Shown here: piece by piece, positions 63,775 to 64,000 of the stretch
Layout: each line of letters opens with the position of its first letter
Numbering within the stretch: position 1 is the first letter of the stretch
Source of the DNA: Takakia lepidozioides
Taxonomy: Eukaryota > Plantae > Bryophyta
Assembly: GCA_030704615.1 (NCBI GenBank)
Contig: CM060732.1
Location: 51,894,001 to 51,958,000, forward strand
Reading direction: 5' to 3'
Length of the DNA stretch: 64,000 nucleotides
The notes under the pieces: model-generated
The model's input: only the letters and a program-made list of their open reading frames with translations
Told to the model about the DNA's origin: nothing
The model's database searches: none
Position numbers and translations under genes: made by a program

Positions 63775-64000
63775 AAATTCATTAGATATTCAAATAACAA
63801 GATCTCTCTTACTAGCATCCATCATTCCATTTATAAGAACCTCCACTGGACAGTGGATCCCTGACATATACCCCTCCAAACTATTCGCGTGATATACTCA
63901 GGGAGATCAGAAGAAGCATTTTGTAGTGGTTGGGTATAACCTAGACTCGTCTGAGTATAGTAGATGAAGTCTGCGCGAGAAGTCCCTGAGTATTTTTTGA

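Noticed and set aside
63919-63928. CACTA terminus (TTTTGTAGTG) and the similar TTTTCGTAGTA at 25267
   Set aside because: No matching opposite terminus or 3-bp TSD found; too short to call

Overview
Eukaryotic nuclear DNA from a land plant, probably a non-seed lineage (bryophyte, lycophyte or fern). This is inferred from the secreted-type polyphenol oxidase and the transposon repertoire. The window is TE-rich and built around a large direct segmental duplication: block A ~1046-19692 and block B ~46926-59821. Both blocks carry an LRR receptor-like pseudogene, an L1 LINE, TTAA-flanked MITEs, SINEs and a GNA/bulb-type lectin gene, and they differ by reciprocal deletions, insertions and an inversion. 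Apparently intact genes are the secreted GNA lectin (18239-18679), an intronless DUF6817/TPR-like gene (29364-30716) and a 4-exon polyphenol oxidase with a GC-AG intron (40989-44184). Pseudogenes are two LRR-RLP copies, a non-RD LRR-RLK, PPR fragments, a DUF2358 gene and lectin copy 2. The most notable observations are: (1) a DNMT3-like cytosine methyltransferase fragment in tandem with an LTR-retrotransposon integrase fragment (51216-52040); (2) several piggyBac-like MITE families (TTAA-CCC...GGG-TTAA), one supported by an empty site in the paralogous block; (3) a MULE-like insertion split by an inversion that flipped the lectin gene; (4) an 86-bp direct-repeat-flanked insert made of tetraloop hairpins; (5) a large DUF7869/Sola-like transposon with telomere-like repeats and a possibly linked ParB-like ORF. 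All family assignments come from motif recognition by eye; no searches were run.
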